NCBI GenBank assembly: GCA_045545475.1
Contig: JAZQAZ010000010.1
Coordinates: 64,001-128,000 of the forward strand
Reading direction: 5' to 3'
DNA from: Clostridia bacterium
GTDB taxonomy: Bacteria; Bacillota; Clostridia; CAKSNL01; HGM11501
DNA: 64,000 bases
Positions 32,270 through 41,827 of the stretch are shown one piece after another (position 1 is the stretch's first letter; each line of letters starts with the position of its first letter). The translations under genes and the position numbers were made by a program. The notes beneath the pieces are model-generated. The model was not told where the DNA came from and ran no database searches. It was given only the letters and a program-made list of their open reading frames with translations.

Positions 32270-33085
32270 ATGTATAAAAAAATAACAGGTATTTTATTGG
32301 CATTGGTTATTATTTTTACCACTTGTTTTGCAACAACATTTTCGGATATGCCGGAAGAAAGCTATTGGTCCTACGAAGCACTTAATTCTGCTGTTACAGA
32401 TGGCCTTTTAAACGGATCTGACGGTAAAATTTATCCTAAAAACAACTTGACAAGGGCAGAAATGGCAACAATACTCGTAAGAGCATATAAGCTTACAGAA
32501 AAGGCTGATATATCAGAATATACAGATGTGGCAACCGATGCCTGGTATTATGAATATATGCAAAAAGCATGTGCAAAAGGTCTTTTTAAGGGAGACGGCA
32601 CAAATAAATTGAATCCCGATAATTACATTACCCGTCAGGAAGTATTTGTTGTTTTATCCCGTGCACTTAATCTGACAGGCGGAAAAGTAAGTGTTCTTGA
32701 TGCTTTTTCAGATAAGGATTTGATTGCATCATGGGCACTTGATGCAACTGCATCTATGGTTGAATCAGGATACATAAAAGGGTCGGGAGATAGGATAAAT
32801 CCCACAAACAATATATCAAGAGAAGAATTTGCACAGATTATGTATAATCTTAAGAAAGCAGGACTTTTCGAGGAAAAGAAGGAAGAAACTAAAGCAGAGG
32901 ATAAAAAGGAAGAAAATAAAGAAGAGACTTCTTCCGGCGGCAATTCAACCGGAGGTTCTTCAAAACCTTCTGGTGGCTCTTCAAAGCCTTCAGGCGGTTC
33001 TTCTTCGGGAGACAAGGACAATGACGAGCCTACAATATCACCGATTCCAGGAATTGACGAAAATGTTGATATGTCGGACGATTAA
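32270..33085 (+). CDS. SLH domain protein with Ser/Gly-rich tail
   Basis: Three SLH repeats (LTRAE, ITRQE, ISREE); GGSSKPS repeats. Confidence 0.85.
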   Translation: MYKKITGILLALVIIFTTCFATTFSDMPEESYWSYEALNSAVTDGLLNGSDGKIYPKNNLTRAEMATILVRAYKLTEKADISEYTDVATDAWYYEYMQKACAKGLFKGDGTNKLNPDNYITRQEVFVVLSRALNLTGGKVSVLDAFSDKDLIASWALDATASMVESGYIKGSGDRINPTNNISREEFAQIMYNLKKAGLFEEKKEETKAEDKKEENKEETSSGGNSTGGSSKPSGGSSKPSGGSSSGDKDNDEPTISPIPGIDENVDMSDD

Positions 33086-33091
33086 AATGAT

Positions 33092-33122
33092 AAAAAACGA
33101 AGCCTTGATGGCTTCGTTTTTT
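33092..33122 (+). terminator. Intrinsic terminator
   Basis: AAAAACGAAGCC-TTGAT-GGCTTCGTTTTT. Confidence 0.8.
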
Positions 33123-33240
33123 AGTGGAAATTTTTTATAAAAACGGTTGATTTTTGTATCTTTTTGTGTTATTATCTTTAAGGCTTTGAAAAAGCAAATA
33201 TTTGTAAACCGTATTAGGATAAAATAAAGGGGATAATTTA

Positions 33241-34536
33241 ATGAACACAACATTGTTGTCTGTATCAATAGCACTTCTTGCAGGTCTTTTGATGACAAGA
33301 TTAATGAAAAAGCTAAAGCTTCCGGCAGTAACAGCTTACCTTATCGCAGGTATCCTCGTGGGACCGTATGTTTTAGGCAGATGCGGTATTCCCGGACTTG
33401 GATTTAAGTCCATGGAAGAAATGGAAGGACTTGCCATAATATCGGATGTTGCACTGGGTTTTATTGCTTTTGCAATAGGAAACGAATTCAGAACTGAAGA
33501 TCTTAAGAAAACAGGAAGACAGGCTCTTATAATAGGTATTTTCCAGGCTCTTGTTGCCACACTTTTTGTTGATCTTGCACTGTACGGAATGCATCTTTTG
33601 ATGCCCGAGAAGCTTACAATGCCACAGGTAATTACTTTGGGTGCAATAGCAACTGCGACTGCTCCTGCTGCAACGCTTATGGTTGTAAGACAGTATAAGG
33701 CGAAAGGTCCGTTGACAAGTCTGCTTCTTCCGATTGTTGCATTGGATGATGCCGTTGGTTTAATCGTATTTGCCGTATCCTTTGGAATTGCAAAAACTCT
33801 TAAATCGGGACAGATGGATTTTGTTTCCATTTTAATAAATCCCATTATTGAAATAATTGCATCATTAATTCTCGGTGCGATTATGGGATGGATATTAACA
33901 CAGCTTGAAAAGCTCTTTAACTCCAACACAAACCGTCTTAACCTTACAATCGGAGCTGTGCTTCTTACAGCATCGCTTTCTATGATTAAGTTTGAAATAG
34001 GTCCTGTACATATCGGATTTTCTTCGCTTTTGGTATGCATGATGCTTGGAACGGTGTTCTGTAATATCTGTTCACTTTCCCACGACCTTATGGCGGCATC
34101 TGACAAATGGACGAGTCCGCTTTTCGCACTCTTCTTTGTAATAAGCGGAGCGGAGCTTGAATTGGGTGTATTTACAGATTGGGCAATTGTGGTTATAGGT
34201 GCTGTTTACATCATTTTCCGTTCTCTCGGAAAGTATATTGGTTCCTTTGCAAGTGCGAAGGCTACAAAATGTTCACCTGAAATCTGTAAGTATCTGGGTA
34301 TTACACTTCTTCCGCAGGCAGGTGTTGCCCTTGGTATGTGTACAACCGCAATGTCACTTGGTGCAGAGGGAGCACTTATACGCAATATTACACTTTTCGC
34401 AGTTTTGATATATGAATTATTTGGCCCCTTATTCACAAGAATGGCTCTTACTGCTGCAGGCGACATCAAGCCTATGAGCGATGAGGTTAAACATCGTCGT
34501 AAGATGAAGCTTGAAGCTGTAGGAAAAACTAAATAA
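33241..34536 (+). CDS. Cation:proton antiporter (CPA2)
   Basis: Polytopic; ATAPAAT, ALDD and PQAGVA motifs. Confidence 0.88.
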   Translation: MNTTLLSVSIALLAGLLMTRLMKKLKLPAVTAYLIAGILVGPYVLGRCGIPGLGFKSMEEMEGLAIISDVALGFIAFAIGNEFRTEDLKKTGRQALIIGIFQALVATLFVDLALYGMHLLMPEKLTMPQVITLGAIATATAPAATLMVVRQYKAKGPLTSLLLPIVALDDAVGLIVFAVSFGIAKTLKSGQMDFVSILINPIIEIIASLILGAIMGWILTQLEKLFNSNTNRLNLTIGAVLLTASLSMIKFEIGPVHIGFSSLLVCMMLGTVFCNICSLSHDLMAASDKWTSPLFALFFVISGAELELGVFTDWAIVVIGAVYIIFRSLGKYIGSFASAKATKCSPEICKYLGITLLPQAGVALGMCTTAMSLGAEGALIRNITLFAVLIYELFGPLFTRMALTAAGDIKPMSDEVKHRRKMKLEAVGKTK

Positions 34537-34694
34537 TTAAGAGGGATATTTCCGCTTCTTGCAGAAATATCCCTTTACTTTTTTTGCCAAAGGCAGTATA
34601 ATGAATTTAAGAAGTCAATCCTGAGATTTGTCGGTTCTGATTTTTAATAGAAAAACATATACTGTAAATTTAATGAAAGATGAAGGAGAATGGT

Positions 34695-35192
34695 ATGAAA
34701 ACTTTAATTGTTGTCGATATGCAGAACGATTTTATAACAGGTAGTCTGGGAAGCGAAGATGCGAAAAGAATCGTTCCTTATGTGAAAGAAAAGGTAGAAT
34801 GTTTTGAGGGAAGAGTAATCTTTACAATGGACACTCACGATAAGAACTATCTTAATACCCAGGAAGGTAAAAAACTTCCGGTGGAGCATTGCGTGTGGGG
34901 GACAGACGGCTGGCATATATGCGATGAACTTGCTCCTTATGTTCGTGAAACATTTGAAAAAAAGACCTTTGGCAGCATGAAGCTTCCTTATGCAATTGAT
35001 GCCGCAAATGAGGAAATTGAGCTTTGCGGGCTGTGCACCGATATATGCGTAATATCCAATGCAATGATATTAAAAGCGGCACTTCCGGAAATGCGAATTG
35101 TTGTAGATTCAAAAGGCTGTGCAGGTGTTACCAAGGAAAGTCACGAAATTGCACTTAATGCAATGCGTGCGGTGCAGATAGAGGTTATATAA
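34695..35192 (+). CDS. Isochorismatase-family cysteine hydrolase (nicotinamidase-like)
   Basis: VDMQNDF, DTH, HC, GLCTDICV. Confidence 0.85.
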   Translation: MKTLIVVDMQNDFITGSLGSEDAKRIVPYVKEKVECFEGRVIFTMDTHDKNYLNTQEGKKLPVEHCVWGTDGWHICDELAPYVRETFEKKTFGSMKLPYAIDAANEEIELCGLCTDICVISNAMILKAALPEMRIVVDSKGCAGVTKESHEIALNAMRAVQIEVI

Positions 35193-35224
35193 AAAGAACT
35201 TCAGGCATTGCCTGAAGTTCTTTT
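35191..35224. terminator. Bidirectional terminator
   Basis: AAAAGAACTTCAGGCA-T-TGCCTGAAGTTCTTTT. Confidence 0.88.
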
Positions 35225-35744
35225 AAAATTTCCTTAAGTATTCGCTTTTTAATATGCTTTCAATTTCTTCCGGTGTTTCTTTGCAGCCGGAGTTAATCCA
35301 TTTTCTTAAAATGGCGTTTAATCCGCTTTTGAAAAACTCTATATGATAATCTATAAATTCCGAATTGAAGAATTTTTCGGCACTTTCCTTGTCATAGCCG
35401 ATGATGGCGTCGCTGTCTGTGGAAAGCTTCATATAGGTTTTATAAAAAAGCTGGTTATCACGAATGTGATGAAATAGTTTTAGGAAGTTATAAGAACTGC
35501 TTTTCTGTGCAACCTCCTCACTGTAAAGGGATAAAAATTCTTTTTCCAGACGATCCTTGACTTTATCACGCAGGTCATAAATATCTAAATAATTGGCGTA
35601 AAATGTACTGCGGTTAAGTCCTGCACCGGTACAAATATCAGATACGGAAATTTTTGAAATTTCCTTTTCCTGAAGCAACGAAATGAAAATCTTTTCAATT
35701 TTTTCAATGCTTTCACGTTTTCTTTTATTGTTCTTTGTGTTCAT
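35223..35744 (-). CDS. TetR/AcrR family regulator
   Basis: ISVSDIC..AGLNRSTFY HTH; divergent from a membrane-protein operon. Confidence 0.9.
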   Translation of the reverse strand: MNTKNNKRKRESIEKIEKIFISLLQEKEISKISVSDICTGAGLNRSTFYANYLDIYDLRDKVKDRLEKEFLSLYSEEVAQKSSSYNFLKLFHHIRDNQLFYKTYMKLSTDSDAIIGYDKESAEKFFNSEFIDYHIEFFKSGLNAILRKWINSGCKETPEEIESILKSEYLRKF

Positions 35745-35860
35745 AAATCCTCCATTAAACCAACAACTGTCTGAAAATTGATGATTGTAATTTTAATTTT
35801 AGTACATTATACTATAAATGTATTAAATATACAAGTGTTGTTTTAATGGAGGTTTTATTT

Positions 35861-36229
35861 ATGAAAAAAAGCAGTTTTATTGCCCTTATAATGGGCACGG
35901 TGAGCGGATGTATGTTTGCACTTGGTATGTGTATGGCACTTCTACCCGAATGGAATGCTTTTGTTCCAGGAATAATTTTGGGAGTTGCCGGCATAATTTT
36001 AGGGTTTGTCACCGTCCTTATATGGCACAAAATGGAAAACAAAACACCCATCAAGATAGGAGAAAAAACGGTTGGAGCAATTCTTATTTCTCTTTTCGGG
36101 GCATTACTTTTAGGTGTTGGTATGTGTTTTTGCCTTGTGTGGAATAATATAATTTTAGGAACCGTAATCGGAATGTTTGGCATAATAACATTGCTGTTCT
36201 TAATACCTTTCATAAAAGGGTTGAAGTGA
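35861..36229 (+). CDS. Small four-TM membrane protein
   Basis: GGAGG RBS; internal LGMC repeat; hydrophobic. Confidence 0.7.
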   Translation: MKKSSFIALIMGTVSGCMFALGMCMALLPEWNAFVPGIILGVAGIILGFVTVLIWHKMENKTPIKIGEKTVGAILISLFGALLLGVGMCFCLVWNNIILGTVIGMFGIITLLFLIPFIKGLK

Positions 36230-36230
36230 T

Positions 36231-36842
36231 TTGAAAAAGGATTATAAGAGGGAAAGAGTAATTTCCTTTGCAACCGCAAGCCTTATTATAAATATGACAT
36301 ACGCCGTTGGAAATTTTCTTCTGGGTCTGCTTCAGAAATCATTTTGGTTTATGACCTCGGGAACATATTATATGGTGCTTGGAGTAATGCGGTTTGCGGC
36401 AGTTTTATTTTATAAGAGGCATAAAGGAAGCGACAAAGATGAGCTTTTCGTACAAAGGTTTTCGGGAGTAATGCTGGTTTTCTTAAGCGTTGTACTTTCA
36501 TGCTCGGTATACTTAAGCGTAAAGCTTGATGTGGCACGCAAGATTCATGAAATTGCCATGATAACAATTGCTCTTTATGCATTTACAAAGATGACTCTTG
36601 CCATAATCAGAACGATAAAGGTGAAAAAGGCAGAGTCTCCACTGCTCACTTCGCTCAGGTGTATAAGCCTGGCGGATGCTGCAGTATCAATTTTTTCCCT
36701 GCAAAGATCGATGTTGGTTTCTTTTGAAGGGATGACAGCGGGGAAAATAACGCTTATGAACAGCCTTACAGGAGTAGGAGTATGCTTAGCGGTTTTGGCT
36801 TTGGGAATAATATTAATAAAAAGAAAAGGAGAACAAAAATGA
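36231..36842 (+). CDS. Multi-TM membrane protein
   Basis: About six hydrophobic segments; operon position. Confidence 0.7.
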   Translation: MKKDYKRERVISFATASLIINMTYAVGNFLLGLLQKSFWFMTSGTYYMVLGVMRFAAVLFYKRHKGSDKDELFVQRFSGVMLVFLSVVLSCSVYLSVKLDVARKIHEIAMITIALYAFTKMTLAIIRTIKVKKAESPLLTSLRCISLADAAVSIFSLQRSMLVSFEGMTAGKITLMNSLTGVGVCLAVLALGIILIKRKGEQK

Positions 36843-37060
36843 GTAAATTACCCATAAAGAATGCAAATGAAAAAATTGCGGAAAAAGTAGTGGAAGGGTA
36901 TAAAAAGATAGAAGAAGGCGTTGTTGGAGGTTATAAAAAAATCGAAAACGGCGTTGTGGTAGGTTACACGAAGATAGAGGATAAATTCGTGGATACGTTT
37001 TTAACCAAAGACGGTGAAACTGTAGAGGAAGCCAAGGAACGCCTTAAAAAGACAAAATGA
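36839..37060 (+). CDS. Small hypothetical protein with VV.GYKKIE repeats
   Basis: AAGGAG RBS; three GY.KIE repeats. Confidence 0.7.
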   Translation: MSKLPIKNANEKIAEKVVEGYKKIEEGVVGGYKKIENGVVVGYTKIEDKFVDTFLTKDGETVEEAKERLKKTK

Positions 37061-37089
37061 AAAGCACCCTGAAGGATGCTTTTTATTTT
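37059..37089. terminator. Terminator hairpin
   Basis: AAAAGCACCCTGAAGGATGCTTTTT. Confidence 0.6.
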
Positions 37090-37252
37090 GGCGGAGCAAA
37101 TGCTTTAATATCCGAACTTTCTCCATTAGGACTTCCGGGGTCCCCGAAAAGCCGCTGGCTTTGTGGGGAAAAGGAAGAGCAAGGGAGTGGGCGGATATTT
37201 TCGCCGTATGGCGAAAACGGAGTTAAACGCACTTTGCTCTGACGTGGCGGAG
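37089..37252. repeat. MITE-like insertion at the tRNA 3' end
   Basis: TGGCGGAG duplicated at 37089 and 37245; GAGCAAA/TTTGCTC terminal inverted repeats; internal hairpins. Confidence 0.55.
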
Positions 37253-37302
37253 ACGGAGGGATTCGAACCCTCGTGTCCGGAAGGGCAAACGCATTTCGAG
37301 TG
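37245..37302 (-). pseudogene. 3' half of the disrupted host tRNA-Ser(CGA) (left junction)
   Basis: Minus strand CTCGAAATGCGTTTGCCCTTCCGGACACGAGGGTTCGAATCCCTCCGTCTCCGCCA: anticodon loop, long variable arm, T arm and CCA, with no D arm upstream. Confidence 0.9.
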
Positions 37303-37465
37303 ATTTTGGTCTAAAAAACTCTGTCGAAATTTAAGGTAAGATAACGGAATATAAAAGAGTGTGAAAACCCCTGTATTTACGCGGTTTTCACGCTTTTTTT
37401 GTTTCAAAATACCGAAAAATCAAGGGAAACATTAGAACCCAATTTTGAGCAAAATTTTGCACGTT

Positions 37466-37486
37466 TTTGGGAACTTTTTGGGAACT
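37466..37486. repeat. Tandem TTTGGGAACT repeats (putative integrase arm sites, left)
   Basis: Two copies; a matching pair lies at 62461-62483. Confidence 0.7.
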
Positions 37487-37528
37487 CGCACCTGCTATTA
37501 AATCTAAAAAAGAAGATGGTGGAACTTA

Positions 37529-38032
37529 ATGATAGTTAAATCAAACGACTATGTTTCAAAGGAGCAATTTTACAAATTATGTCACATTTCAAAAAAGACG
37601 GCATACAAGCTTATAAAGTCTGGCAGGATTAAAGCAATAAAACAGAATTGCGGTTCACTTCACTGTTATGAGATACCGATAAGCGAAATTGAACGGCTTG
37701 AAAGTGTAAGGTGTTATCTCAACAAATTGCGGGAAGAAGAAATCAGCAAGGTAAAAGAATACTATTCCGAAAAGCTTCAGAGTTATCCCGATGTTATTAC
37801 TTCGGAGGACGTTCAAGCAATAACAGGATATGTAAAAGAGACTGTCCGTAGATGGATTCAAGGCGGAAAACTCATTGCAATAGTTTATAAAAGTAAATAT
37901 GTCATAGCAAAAAATGATTTTTTGGATTTTGTTACAAGTCCCTCTTATGTGGGGATAACAAGAAAATCGCAGGTGCATCTTTCGGATTTTATTGAACTTG
38001 GAATTGTTGACAAAGGAGGTCAAAGATTATGA
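37529..38032 (+). CDS. Double HTH_17 (excisionase-like) DNA-binding protein
   Basis: ISKKTAYKLIKSGRIKA and YPDVIT...TVRRWIQGGKL units. Confidence 0.8.
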   Translation: MIVKSNDYVSKEQFYKLCHISKKTAYKLIKSGRIKAIKQNCGSLHCYEIPISEIERLESVRCYLNKLREEEISKVKEYYSEKLQSYPDVITSEDVQAITGYVKETVRRWIQGGKLIAIVYKSKYVIAKNDFLDFVTSPSYVGITRKSQVHLSDFIELGIVDKGGQRL

Positions 38033-38373
38033 GAAAAATATTTGTAACACCTAATGTGAAAATCTATATGGAGCAGGCAGACGATAAAACAAGAACGAAA
38101 ATAAATTCTGTGCTTTTGTATTTAACCGATGATAAAAATCCCCTGCGTGAGCCGTATGTCAAGCATATTGCAATGTCAAAGTATAAGGAGTTGTACGAAT
38201 TGCGGGTAAAAGCATCAAAAGAAATGTCAAGGCTCGTCTTTACCCTCTCGGGAGATGATATCGTGCTTCTCTATGCTTTCAAAAAGAAGTGCGGCAGGGA
38301 TAATGAAAAGGCTTTTGAACGGGCTTTTAGGATGAGCAAATTGAGTGAAGAACTTACGGAGGTATGTATATGA
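38029..38373 (+). CDS. RelE/ParE (Gp49-like) toxin family protein
   Basis: EPYVKHI, LYELRV, R.VF and LLYAFKKK pattern. Confidence 0.75.
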   Translation: MRKIFVTPNVKIYMEQADDKTRTKINSVLLYLTDDKNPLREPYVKHIAMSKYKELYELRVKASKEMSRLVFTLSGDDIVLLYAFKKKCGRDNEKAFERAFRMSKLSEELTEVCI

Positions 38374-39419
38374 GGAAATCATCATTTTTAATTGGAATGC
38401 TTTGCGGTAGCTTGTTGTTTAGCGGAGTTACGGTGTTTGCAAATTCAGAGATAGTTGCGAAACTTACGTCACAAATTTTCTTTTGGAATAACGAACAGAT
38501 TGAGCTTGAGGCATACAACATCAACGGAGCGAACTATATAAAGCTTCGTGATGCAGCAGAGTTGTTCGGCGTAAAGGTGGAATATTACGAAGACACGAAT
38601 ACCGTCTATTTGGGAGAACCAAGAAAAGAAAACACTTCAAAAACAATAATTGACGGAAACTCTTACGCAAAGGAAAATTATTCGGAAAAAGCAAATCCCG
38701 AGATATTCAACGAAATTTACACAAGGGATGCGTATAATGCAATCAGGCAGTCTATAGTTGATATTGCAGAAGTAACTAAAAATACGGATGATAACGGTTA
38801 TAATGCGAACTATGAGTATGCTCACTTTGTTGATGTGACATCTAAAGGAACGGAAAAAACGATAGAAGCAATGAAATCTGTTACGGCGACAATGTTCGGG
38901 TATTATAATTTCAGTTTAGGTTATGAGCCGACAATATCGAATTTGTACGAATATCCGGGCTACCGAATTTGTAAAGTGCAGATACATAAACACTTTGAGC
39001 CTGCAAACAACGCAACGGATACCTTCATTGCGGAGATTAAAAACTTGCCCGACACAGAAAAAGTAAAACGGATCGCCGATTACATTTGCGACAGAGTTGT
39101 ATATAAAGATGATAACGTTGCAGGAATCAACAGAGTATTCACTGAAACACCGCCCACAAACGGACTTTGCGGTACTTATGCAAACGCTTTCGTTTATCTG
39201 TGTCAAAGAACAAAAATTCCCTGCATAAGCGTTAAGGATGATGTTCATGCGTGGAACGAGGTCTATATTGACGGGAAGTGGTATACAGCAGATATAAGCT
39301 ATTACGATATGTCGAGAAACGATAAAATATTGTTTCAGGAAACATATATCAGAACAGATATAGATCCGCAAAAAACAAACTTTGCAAAAGAATTGCTTGT
39401 TCCGGGGAGTACGGAATAA
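38370..39419 (+). CDS. Secreted transglutaminase-like domain protein
   Basis: Signal peptide, NYIKLRD stalk motif, GLCGTYA / HAWN / D catalytic triad. Confidence 0.8.
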   Translation: MRKSSFLIGMLCGSLLFSGVTVFANSEIVAKLTSQIFFWNNEQIELEAYNINGANYIKLRDAAELFGVKVEYYEDTNTVYLGEPRKENTSKTIIDGNSYAKENYSEKANPEIFNEIYTRDAYNAIRQSIVDIAEVTKNTDDNGYNANYEYAHFVDVTSKGTEKTIEAMKSVTATMFGYYNFSLGYEPTISNLYEYPGYRICKVQIHKHFEPANNATDTFIAEIKNLPDTEKVKRIADYICDRVVYKDDNVAGINRVFTETPPTNGLCGTYANAFVYLCQRTKIPCISVKDDVHAWNEVYIDGKWYTADISYYDMSRNDKILFQETYIRTDIDPQKTNFAKELLVPGSTE

Positions 39420-39514
39420 TAGGCTGATTGTGTGTAGAAAAGTGTGATGTTTATTACGCAACACAAGAATAATATGTGGTTTTCACGCAACAAACAGCTT
39501 GTATCGTAAAGAAT

Positions 39515-39566
39515 AAAGAGTCAATCATTGGTATGAAGGTGCTTTTGATTGACTCTTTGTTTTTTT
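39515..39566 (+). terminator. Terminator hairpin
   Basis: AAAGAGTCAATCA...TGATTGACTCTTT followed by a T tract. Confidence 0.7.
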
Positions 39567-39592
39567 AAGAAATAAGGAGAGATATGCTTAAG

Positions 39593-39710
39593 AACTTCCA
39601 TTTCGGCATGTCTTGAATTTGTGTTTTAATCACAAAAAGTCGGTGTTTCCTTGTGTTTCACTCATAAACAGTTATTTTCTTGATATTAAGAACTGCCAAA
39701 ATGGCATATC
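39593..39710. repeat. ~118-bp imperfect direct repeat, copy 1
   Basis: AACTTCCATTTCGGCAT.TCTTGAATT ... CTGCCAAAATGGCATATC; colinear with 41828-41945. Confidence 0.8.
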
Positions 39711-39746
39711 TAAAATTAACTATCCAAAAAGGATAGTACATACCAC

Positions 39747-39775
39747 TTGAATTCTTTATTCGTTTGTGGTACAAT
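39747..39775 (+). promoter_or_regulatory. Sigma-A-type promoter for the RNase III gene
   Basis: TTGAAT-17-TACAAT with a TG extension. Confidence 0.65.
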
Positions 39776-39985
39776 ATCAATGTAAGAAGGTGGCACTGAT
39801 TTATAAAAGGTTTGACATAAAATAAGTTTATTTGTCTTGAATTATGTAAGTGATTCTTTACAAATAAGAGTGGTTTATGTAATACAGTTTATTCTTCGGT
39901 GCCCGAATGAGGCGCACGTGATACGTGGGCTTTATCGGGTTATATTTATGCCTTCTTGTAGAAAACTATAAGGAGGTTGTTTTTT

Positions 39986-40972
39986 ATGAACAACGAAACA
40001 TTGTTGGAAATTGCAACACAACTGGAATACGATTTTGACGATATTCGCATTCTGCGTCAAGCATTTACAAGAAAGTCTTATTCTGAGGAACATAACGGAG
40101 AGCATCACAATGAGGTGCTAGAATTTTATGGTGACAAAGCACTAGAATTTGTCGTTATGAAAAAACTGTCCGAGTTTTACGGAAATACAACGCAAAATGG
40201 CAAGTATGCTTCCGAAAAGGCGGAAGGACAACTTACCGAAATGAAAAAGAAACTTATATGTAAGAAGATGCTCGCACATCGAATTGATATGTTTGGTTTT
40301 ACAGAACATATTTTAATGGGTAACGGTGATGTCGGTCAAAAAGTTCAAAATCAGGATTCTGTCAAAGAAGATCTCTTCGAGGCGATAGTAGGTGCAGTGG
40401 CTATTGACAGCGACTGGGATGTGGATGCACTTGAAGATGTCGTTGGCAGAATGCTTGACATAGAGTATTATCTTGAAAAAGGCTTCAACGATGATGAAAA
40501 CTATGTAGATTTAATACAAACATGGTGTCAAAAAAGATACGGTTGGATTCCTGAATATGATTTTGTGGAAATAGAAGAAGATTATGAGTGCTCACTAACG
40601 CTGTCAGACGATTATGATGATTTTATCGGTTGCGGATATTCAAAACGAGAAGCAAGAATGAATGCGGCTCAAAAAGCTTATGAATATTTAGAAGAAAATG
40701 ATGAGCTGCTTCTACCTGTTGACGAGGTAGGTGAACCGGATATTGAACGCGCAATCAATCAATTGCAGGAGCTTTACCAAAAAGGTTATATTGATGAGCC
40801 ATATTATGAGTTTTACGAAGAATACGACAACAACGGTAATCCTATATGGAGATGTGAATGCCATATAAAAGGTGCCGAAGAGTATTATTGGATAAACTCA
40901 TCTTCGAAGAAAAACGGAAAAAAGCGTGTTGCCTACGATATGCTTTGTGATGTCCTTGAGTGGGGTGACTGA
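39986..40972 (+). CDS. Ribonuclease III-domain protein with two C-terminal dsRBD-like domains (island paralogue)
   Basis: AFTRKSY, NEVLEFYGD and DLFEAIVGA signature residues; SKREARMNAA and SKKNGKKRVA dsRBD-like helices. Confidence 0.88.
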   Translation: MNNETLLEIATQLEYDFDDIRILRQAFTRKSYSEEHNGEHHNEVLEFYGDKALEFVVMKKLSEFYGNTTQNGKYASEKAEGQLTEMKKKLICKKMLAHRIDMFGFTEHILMGNGDVGQKVQNQDSVKEDLFEAIVGAVAIDSDWDVDALEDVVGRMLDIEYYLEKGFNDDENYVDLIQTWCQKRYGWIPEYDFVEIEEDYECSLTLSDDYDDFIGCGYSKREARMNAAQKAYEYLEENDELLLPVDEVGEPDIERAINQLQELYQKGYIDEPYYEFYEEYDNNGNPIWRCECHIKGAEEYYWINSSSKKNGKKRVAYDMLCDVLEWGD

Positions 40973-40975
40973 GAT

Positions 40976-41173
40976 ATGAAACTTCGAGAACTCAGAGAGA
41001 AAAAAGGTGTAACACAAAAAGATGTGGCAACCGCTGTTGGGTGTACCGCCACCGTCTATTCGAGATATGAACGTGGGGAACGAGAACCGGATATTTCAAC
41101 ACTTTGCAGTCTTGCTGATTATTTTGAAGTAAGCATAGATAAATTGATTGGTTATATAAACAAACATAAATAA
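40976..41173 (+). CDS. XRE-family HTH regulator
   Basis: LRELRE..TQ.DVA..YSRYERGEREP..LADYFEVS. Confidence 0.9.
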   Translation: MKLRELREKKGVTQKDVATAVGCTATVYSRYERGEREPDISTLCSLADYFEVSIDKLIGYINKHK

Positions 41174-41827
41174 TAGCTATTAAAGTCGGTGATTTGTAAA
41201 TCATCGGCTTTTTTATTGCTTGTGCGTTGTAATAAGATAAATCATAGCATTGTTAACTTAATTTGTTAAGTTAATAAATTAACTTTTCAATGAAACGTTG
41301 CATATTTCTGTATAGAATATGAGCATTTAGAGGTGGCGCTGTTGAGTTGAAAAAGTCCTTTTTTACATTGGCAAAAAACAAATGGACAGCGTCACCTCTA
41401 AATAGGGCGAAAAGCTCTAGAATACGGGGCTTTTCTGCACATACTAAACCAACAAAAATGTGGACAGCAGCACCCTAGGGTAGGAGGTGACGCTGTGGAG
41501 TGTTTTTTGGCAGAATTGTGTGGTTTCTGAGGCGTTGAGAATCTTGCAGGAATAGCTTAGGTGAATTTAAAGGGATTGTTGATTTGTTTTTTTCAGAAAG
41601 TTGCTCTAAAAGAGAAAAAGAAGCCTCCGCTTTCCCCTTGCAGGAATAATCCCTTGGAGGAATTGCGGAGGCTTTTATACAGTTGTATTAAAGTTGTGCG
41701 TTGTAATATCAAGAAAGTAGAAATAGAGCGTTGGAGGAATATTAGGTCGAGGTGTTTGCTCTACCAATAATAAGATTAGAGCGAGAAAGTATATTGTACC
41801 AATATTTATTGGAGAAATGCAATCAAT

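Noticed and set aside
37245-37340. Intact tRNA at the left junction
   Set aside because: Sequence beyond the anticodon loop cannot form a D arm or acceptor stem
41561-41770. 69-aa ORF
   Set aside because: No RBS or motif; overlaps an inverted repeat in a motif-rich intergenic region
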